Assembly: GCA_038523235.1 (NCBI GenBank) | Contig: JBCBJQ010000044.1 | Location: 1-44,091, forward strand | Direction: 5' to 3' | Length of the DNA: 44,091 bases | Origin: Cyanobacteria bacterium J06626_4 | GTDB taxonomy: Bacteria > Cyanobacteriota > Cyanobacteriia > Phormidesmidales > Phormidesmidaceae | Shown: one piece after another, positions 1 through 6,400 of the stretch | Layout: each line of letters starts with the position of its first letter | How positions within the stretch are numbered: position 1 is the first letter of the stretch | Notes under the pieces: model-generated | Database searches by the model: none | What the model was told of the DNA's origin: nothing | Seen by the model: only the letters and a program-made list of their open reading frames with translations | Translations under genes and position numbers: made by a program

Positions 1-433
1 GACGGGTCTAGTTGAGTGTGACGATCCAGCATATTCCTGACACTTCTGATCGAGTGGGCAAATACCCCTGTTATTCGGAGGATATTAGAGCTTTTACCGA
101 GAAGTCGGTTCCCCAAAATACCTGGCGCTTACAGAATTCCCGAAAGCTCAGCGTTATTCCCTTAGATCGCTTCGTATTTCGTCGGGCGATCTAAGGGAAT
201 TCACGCGTTCGACCGAGCGATCGCCCAAACAACATACTGAATATTCGATGGCCACTCATTTCTAGAATTGGCCCCGCCGAACCCAATTACTGCCAGGGTC
301 GTGGCGCTGAGTGATCAGCAGGTGACTGCTCCGCAGTTTGTTCGTATTAGCCAGGGGCGAACAAGCTGCTCATAAGGGGGCTCAATTTCACCGTCGATGC
401 TGATTTTTCCGATGCTGTGCGGGCTTCGGCCGG

Positions 434-604
434 TTACTTCTCTAGCCTGTCGTAAAAGGCGACGAGAATGAACAGGGCGATCGGGCCTAGCAATAGTGAC
501 AACAGAAACCAGTTGCCGCCACTGCGATTTTTACCTTGAGCAATTCCAGCGGTGATCAGCGCTAGCGTGCCCCAACCAATGCCATAGCTTTGCGAGTCAT
601 TCAT
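434..604 (-). CDS. Small membrane protein, 56 aa (conserved hypothetical)
   Basis: MNDSQSYGIGWGTLALITAGIAQGKNRSGGNWFLLSLLLGPIALFILVAF has two hydrophobic helices around a K-N-R-S..W motif. The ATG at 604 overlaps the end of the upstream SRPBCC gene, which suggests translational coupling. Confidence 0.7.
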   Translation of the reverse strand: MNDSQSYGIGWGTLALITAGIAQGKNRSGGNWFLLSLLLGPIALFILVAFYDRLEK

Positions 605-1082
605 ACAGGGTGGTAACTCTCTGCTTGAGGGCTTGGTTAAACGCCGCAAATTCCTGTTCGATTAGGGCGCGGCTGGTCTGCAGAATATCAGCGGCCATCT
701 GCCCAGAGAAGGACTCACTGTTCACGAGTCGGGTCTGATGCGTTGCTAGTGCCTGTAGTTCGAAGCGATGAATGCCTGCGAAGATCTCTGGCTCTCCCCC
801 CTGCCATACCAACACCGTCGGGACTGTAACGGCCAGAATTTTGATGGTGAAAACGCGCTCTTGAGGAGTATCGGGGGCCGCACATAGGCGAGCTTGAGCC
901 GCCACTTGCAAATCAACAGGAACATTCTCGATTCGAAAGGTGGGGTTCCAATCATGGTGAGTCGCCAGATTTGCCAACACGCCCCAAACTTGTCGGCAAG
1001 CAGCGTCAATATCAATTGACTGCGTAATCGTTAGTGAATCTTGCAACAGGGTCTCCCGCCATCTGCTAGACAACTCAGGCAT
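597..1082 (-). CDS. SRPBCC (polyketide cyclase/START-like) domain protein
   Basis: Motifs ITQSIDIDA...VWGVLANL..HHDWNP, FAGIHRFEL, TRLVNSESFSG and a C-terminal helix FAAFNQALKQRV. Confidence 0.8.
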   Translation of the reverse strand: MPELSSRWRETLLQDSLTITQSIDIDAACRQVWGVLANLATHHDWNPTFRIENVPVDLQVAAQARLCAAPDTPQERVFTIKILAVTVPTVLVWQGGEPEIFAGIHRFELQALATHQTRLVNSESFSGQMAADILQTSRALIEQEFAAFNQALKQRVTTLYE

Positions 1083-1419
1083 CTGCGCCCAAATAAAGTG
1101 TATTTTTCACAAGTCAAAACAGACCGCACATCGACCAACTGGTCAAAGATGCTGCACAACCTGAAGCCCAACGCGTTTATGCCGATGGGGTGGCTGGCAA
1201 CCATCAGTACCGGGAGCCCGATCGCCGCCGCCCCAATATGCTCATAAGTCAGCTGATCGGCCAGTTCACCCTGACCCATTGGTCGCTCGACAGAAACCGA
1301 CTAGATGATGTGGCAAATTTACCGACAACGCCATTGTTTAGGGGCGCAGTTGCCCAGACCTAGCCACTTGTGAGGGCAGTTTGAGGCTGCGCTTGAAGTC
1401 CCGATTAGGAAACCTAAAC

Positions 1420-2229
1420 ATGATTAGAAAATTTACCCATCGAGTCGGTTTAGCAGCGCTTTTGCTCGGATATTCGGGTGCTTTGTTCGCTGCTCACGCG
1501 GCACCTGATCCACTTTTTGAGCCCATATTGGACGATCTGCAGCAGGAACTCCCCGATGGCTGGCAGTTTCGCTTACCGGCTGCCCTGCCCTCAGACAGTG
1601 AACTGTATCCCTTTATTAGTCAGGCCTCTGATACAGAAGTGGTGGTGAGTTTGGGGCTCACCCCTGACTGTGCCGACCCGAGCTGTGCCGTTGGCCTGAT
1701 CGGCGTGACCGACGTTGAACCTACTGCCGATAACTGGCCACCGACCGGTGAGAACGTCACCCCCGTTGATTTAGGCCCCGGCATTGAGGGCTACTATCTG
1801 CAGCGGGGCGAAGGGGAGGCGATGAATCAGCTGGTGATGTGGCAGCAAGACGGGCTGACCTATGCGATCGCCACGCTGGCTGATTCGTCCTCACAGGAAG
1901 AGTTCATTGCGATCGCCCGCTCGATGGCCAGTGAGCCCCCCATCAGTGCGGTTGAAGATGGTGCGATTGAAGACGGTGCCATTGAAGACGCTCCCCTTGA
2001 AGATGGTGCGATTGAAGACGCCCCCCTCGAAGATATTCCGGCTGAAGATCCGATCGCGCCGATGGATGAACCAGAATCGCCTGCCGGTGACCCGATCAGC
2101 CCCACTGAGGAGCCCATGTCGCCGACCGATGAGCCCTTAGACCCGAGCGCTGATCCCATGTCGCCAACCGATGAGCCCCTAGACCCCATGGAGTCACCCG
2201 CCACCCCCCTTGAAGAACTCCCTCAGTAA
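1420..2229 (+). CDS. Secreted hypothetical protein with an acidic Pro-rich repeat tail
   Basis: Signal-peptide-like N-terminus from the ATG at 1420 (MIRKFTHRVGLAALLLGYSGALFAAHA), a globular domain with a CxxxxC pair, then an E/D/P-rich repeat tail. Confidence 0.75.
   Translation: MIRKFTHRVGLAALLLGYSGALFAAHAAPDPLFEPILDDLQQELPDGWQFRLPAALPSDSELYPFISQASDTEVVVSLGLTPDCADPSCAVGLIGVTDVEPTADNWPPTGENVTPVDLGPGIEGYYLQRGEGEAMNQLVMWQQDGLTYAIATLADSSSQEEFIAIARSMASEPPISAVEDGAIEDGAIEDAPLEDGAIEDAPLEDIPAEDPIAPMDEPESPAGDPISPTEEPMSPTDEPLDPSADPMSPTDEPLDPMESPATPLEELPQ
1954..2187 (+). repeat. Intragenic tandem repeats: 7 x 15 bp (EDGAI/EDAPL type), then a 42-bp-period repeat (PMSPTDEPLDP)
   Basis: GAAGA(T/C)-starting 15-mers at 1954, 1969, 1984, 1999, 2014, 2029 and 2044; CCCATGTCGCC(G/A)ACCGATGAGCCC at 2113 and 2155. 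Confidence 0.9.
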
Positions 2230-2366
2230 ACGGATACCTTGAGGCCGCGGCGATCGCCGCCATGACCCTGGCCGCGATCGCGCCACGCCAAACTCTAAAA
2301 ACCGCAGCTGCCAGCCGCGCCGCGATGCCCGGCATCCAGGTGATTTTTAGGGCGATGGTCGGTGGT

Positions 2367-2602
2367 GCGATCGCGACTCCGGCCTTCAATTTCTTCGCTT
2401 TACGAATCGGCCGGTATATGAGGGTTATCCAAATAAAAAATATCCCACCTGAAGAACCCGGTTTCTATGAAAAGCTTGCCGTAAACTGTTGACCGGCTCC
2501 TAGAAACCGGGTTCTTGGACACGTTATTTTTTGGAATACTTTGAACATTTGGATGCGGTGATTGAGCAGATTGCCCAGGCTGTTTGTGAGCTGCGCGGTT
2601 AG
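2367..2602 (+). pseudogene. 3' fragment of a DUF559 nuclease gene, interrupted by a 120-bp MITE
   Basis: 2367-2421 plus 2545-2602 align to 3074-3187 of the intact gene (AIA..GLQFLRFTNRPVY|EHLDAVIEQIAQAVCELRG*). There is a 1-nt deletion near 2380, and homology starts at a HIP1 site. Confidence 0.85.
2422..2541. mobile_element. 120-bp MITE (copy 1) with 3-bp target duplication TGA
   Basis: Imperfect terminal IRs (GGGTTATCCA...TGGAATACTT), internal 16-bp IR AAGAACCCGGTTTCTA/TAGAAACCGGGTTCTT, and TGA on both flanks (2419-2421, 2542-2544). A second copy lies at 16549. Confidence 0.8.
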
Positions 2603-2604
2603 GA

Positions 2605-2723
2605 ACCTCACCGCCTGCGGCACCTCTCCTTACTAAGGAGAGGTTGATGAGCATTCGTTTTTTACTCAGAATCATTTAAGTGCTTCCGGTCCCTCTCCTT
2701 GATAAGGAGAGGTTAGGAGAGGT
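2605..2723 (+). repeat. REP-doublet element copy 1 (DUF559-associated)
   Basis: ACCTCACC-GCCTGCGGCA-CCTCTCCTT-act-AAGGAGAGG ... TCCGGTC-CCTCTCCTT-gat-AAGGAGAGG-TTA-GGAGAGGT. Confidence 0.9.
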
Positions 2724-2818
2724 CAAATACTGTCAATACTCAGACTAAATGTCCCTAGATCACAACACACATCATCAGATCAGCAACGGTGTGGCTGGGT
2801 AGGTTACCAAGAGACAAG

Positions 2819-3187
2819 ATGACTGAGTTTTACAACAAAACCAGCGAGAAAGTGAAACGCCGTACACTTCGGCAAAACACCACCAAAGCCGAAGCGCTTG
2901 TCTGGGCAAGGTTGCGTAATCGCCAGGTTGAGAATTGCAAGTTTCGCCGACAATACAGCGTGAACTCATTCGTTCTGGATTTCTATTGCTCAGAGTTGCG
3001 GCTGGCGATCGAAATTGATGGTGAGAGTCACAATTCTGATGAGGCCGTGGCCTATGACCAGGTGCGGCAAAGCGCGATCGCGGCTTTGGGTATTCAATTT
3101 CTTCGCTTTACGAATCAGCAGGTGTACGAGCATTTGGATGCGGTGATTGAGCAGATTGCCCAGGTGGCTTGTGCATTGCGAGGGTAG
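2819..3187 (+). CDS. DUF559 family endonuclease (Vsr-like, PD-(D/E)XK fold)
   Basis: Motifs LRQNTTKAEALVWARLR, KFRRQYSV, FVLDFYC, LAIEIDGESH, YDQVR and LRFTN; likely ATG at 2819 (MTEFYNK). Confidence 0.92.
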   Translation: MTEFYNKTSEKVKRRTLRQNTTKAEALVWARLRNRQVENCKFRRQYSVNSFVLDFYCSELRLAIEIDGESHNSDEAVAYDQVRQSAIAALGIQFLRFTNQQVYEHLDAVIEQIAQVACALRG

Positions 3188-3189
3188 GA

Positions 3190-3309
3190 ACCTCACCGCC
3201 TGCGGCACCTTTCCTTACTAAGGAGAGGTTGATAGACAGTCTGGTTGGCGACTAGAACCACTCAAGCACTTCCGGTTCCTCTCCTTAATAAGGAGAGGTT
3301 AGGTGAGGT
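3190..3309 (+). repeat. REP-doublet element copy 2
   Basis: Same architecture as copy 1, with outer IR ACCTCACC/GGTGAGGT and two CCT(C/T)TCCTT-N3-AAGGAGAGG palindromes. Confidence 0.9.
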
Positions 3310-3334
3310 CAATTTGTGACCTGCGGGGATAGGA

Positions 3335-3478
3335 ACCTCACCGCCTGCGGCACCTCTCCTTATTAAGGAGAGGTTTGTGAACATTCTGGTTTGTGCTCAG
3401 AGTCGCCAAATGCGTCCGGTTCCTCTCCTAAGCCCTCCGGGCAGGCTGCGCCAAAGACAAGGAGAGGTTAGGTGAGGT
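3335..3478 (+). repeat. REP-doublet element copy 3, with a ~25-nt insert in the second palindrome
   Basis: Same architecture. The loop of palindrome 2 is the 28-nt AGCCCTCCGGGCAGGCTGCGCCAAAGAC (3431-3458). The element overlaps the stop codon of the WD40 gene. Confidence 0.9.
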
Positions 3479-6400
3479 CAAACCACTGCCGCACCCACCC
3501 CACCACCTGCCCAAACGGCGACCTCGTTGGACTCGCGGCCTGCCGCACCGGAGCGACTTGATCAGGACACAACGCCTGCTTTTCGTCTTCTGGCACAGAA
3601 GGGTTTTGTAGATAGTCGCTGAACCAGTCGCAGCTTCTCGCCAGCAAATCCTCGAGGTCAAAATTCCAGAGAACTATCGTGCCACCCAAACCAACAGCAG
3701 CAAGAGTATCGTCATATAGGGGAGCGAAATTCACTCTCCAAAATAGCTCCCGATGCCCATCTAGGGTTTGCAGCAACTCCCCTTGGCGATTCCATAGCTT
3801 CACCGTGCCATCACTACTGGCGGAAGCAAGGATTTCTCCATCGGGACTAAAGCTTACGCTATAGACTGCATTGTCATGACCTATCAGAGTCTTCAGTTCC
3901 TGACCCTGACGATTCCACAACTTCACTGTATTATCCGAGCTAGCAGAGGCAATGATGTCTCCATCAGGATCAAAACTCACGCTCATGACATCATCTGAAT
4001 GTCCTTCTAGAGTTTGCAGTTCCTGAGTTTGAGGGTTCCACAGCACTACCGTATTATCCGTAGTACTAGCAATAATGTCTCCATTTGGACTAAAACGCGC
4101 ACTATCAAAAAAACTCCCTTGTCTGTCTAGAGTTTGCAGTTCCTGCCGCTGTCGGTTCCATAGCTTCACCGTGCCATCCATAGCACCAGCGATGATTTCT
4201 CCATCTGGGCTAAAACTCACATCAAATGCACTGTTATAACCGTCTAAAGTTGGCGGTTGCTGTTTCTGACGATTCCACAGCTTCACTGTTCCATTGCGGC
4301 TGCCAGAGGCCAGGGTGTCGCCACTGGGGCCAAAACTTACGCTGTAGACTGCGCGGTCATGGCCTGTAAGAGTTTGTAACAAATCGCCCTGACGGTTCCA
4401 TAGCTTCACCGTCTTATCCCAGCTAGCAGAAGCAATAGTTTCTCCATCCGGGCTAAAGCTCACGTCATAGACATCATTGTCATGTCCCGTTAGAGTTTGT
4501 AGCAATTCTCCTTGACGGTTCCACAGCTTGACTGTGTCATCCAAACTGCCAGTGGCGATGGTTTCTCCATCCGGGCTAAAACTTACACTAGTGATACCGG
4601 TATTACGGTCTCCGAGGGTCTGCAGTTCCTCTCCCTGACGGTTCCACAGCTTCACTGTCCCATCCCAGCTAGCAGAAGCAATAGTTTCTCCATCTGGGCT
4701 GAAGCTCACGTCATAGACATCATTGTCATGTCCCGCTAGAGTTTGTAGCAATTCTCCTTGACGGTTCCACAGCTTGACTGTGTCATCCAAACTGCCAGTG
4801 GCAATGGTTTCTCTATCCGGGCTAAAACTCACACTCATGACCTTGCTGTCATGGCCGCTTAAGGTTTCCAGTACCTGACCCTGACGACTCCACAGCTTCA
4901 CCGTTCCATCGAGACTAGCAGTGGCAATGGTTTCCCCATCCGAACTAAAACTGATATCAAAAACTGCCCCGATGTGGCCGTTTAGGGTTTCCAGCACCTG
5001 ACTCTGACGACTCCACAACTTCACCGTTCCATCAACACTGGCAGTGGCAATGGTTTCTCCATCTGGACTAAAACTCACACTCCAAACCCTATCGTCATGA
5101 TCACTCAGAGTATTGCTCTCGATGAATCCTGATTGATAAACGGTTTTCCAGAAGGCTGTAATTGCTTGCATACGGGTGCTGCTAGAAATCGGACTATTGC
5201 GAAGGTTTACATTTGCAGTGTTGATAGCAAGTAGTGGCGACTGCACTGATGCCAGAGAGGCCATCGGCTCCTCTCGTGATTGCAATTGACGGCCCATTTC
5301 GGTCGCAACCTTCAGCGCTTCAAAGTTTAAGCCCGATGCCATTAGCAGTCCCACTTCTACCGCCTGCCGTTGCACTTCTACATCCAGCTTTTGCCCTTCT
5401 GCAATGACTTTGGCTTCCTCCGCTTCCGCTTTTTCCTGTTCCGCTTTTTCCAAGTTTGCTTGAGCAACTTCGTATTCTTCCTGAGTTCTAGAGGCCAGTG
5501 CTTCCAATTTTTTGCGGGTTTGCTCGCTCGCATCGGCCTGTCGTTGAACTCGTGCTAAATCTGCTAAAGCGTCTTCTCTTTTTTGCTCCGCATCTAAAGT
5601 TTCCTGTTCAGCATCTGTCTTTTCAGCTTGCGCAGTTTTTAGCGCTTCATCAGCTTCCTCTAAACGCTCTTTTGCTGCCTCAGCGTCTTCATTCAATTCA
5701 GCAACTAGCAGCTCTTGTTCATTTGCACGTGTTTCTTCCGCTTTTGCAAGGTCAACAGCATCACGCGCGATTGTACTTAACCGAGTAGCTGAAAAAGCCA
5801 AGATTGACACAATCACACCAGCAGCAACTACGCTGGCCATTGCGAATCTTCTAACATCTTTAGCTTCTTTTCGGGCCTTGCCAACAACCTCATCGGCCTC
5901 AGCGTTTGCTTCTGCCAACACCGCATTCGCTTCCGCCAGCTTGTCGCGCTCAAGCTCCGCTACCTCTTGAGCTGCTGCCGCCGCCGCTGCTGCTGCCCGC
6001 GCCGTTTCCAGCTCTGCCATCAGCCCCGGCGTCTGCACATCGCGCACATAGCGCACCAGGTAGTCGTGCACCAACTGATACCGCGTCTCCGGCTCCTCCG
6101 GAATCTCAAACACCAGCCCCGACCCGACCAAAATCTCGATCGCCAACGTGAGCTGTGCCGAATCGAAGGGCATTTCTAACAGCTGCAGCTCGTATTCAAT
6201 TTCCTCGCGGGTTTTGAGCGGGCGATAGAGACGCTGCTCGCGATCTTCATCGGTGAGCAAGTACAGCACTACCCAGGCCAGCCGCTCATTTGGTGGCCCG
6301 CAGTCGTGCACGACCGACGCCAGATAGTTTTGCACCAGCGTTTGTTTGGGCAGCTCGCCCAGCGCCTCGTACTGCGCCAGGGTCGTGATGTCATCGCGCT

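Noticed and set aside
1031..1279. 82-aa minus-strand ORF upstream of the SRPBCC gene
   Set aside because: No recognisable motif, and it overlaps the SRPBCC start; cannot be supported as a gene
2314..2345. ~30-nt similarity to 16789-16820 (GCAGCTGCC.G..GCGCCGCGAT), both near a 120-bp MITE
   Set aside because: Short, GC-rich, partly HIP1-derived and on different sides of the MITE; may be chance
2262..2675. ORFs 2262-2492 (+) and 2400-2675 (-)
   Set aside because: They run through the MITE, pseudogene fragment and REP element, so they are by-products of repeats
2543..3187. Possible diversity-generating retroelement template/variable repeat pair at the DUF559 3' end
   Set aside because: Differences are not confined to adenines of one copy and there is no reverse transcriptase in the window
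2605..3478. Possible CRISPR array (palindromic repeats with ~40-nt intervening sequences)
   Set aside because: The intervening segments are homologous to each other rather than unique spacers, units alternate in orientation, spacing is irregular and no cas genes are present
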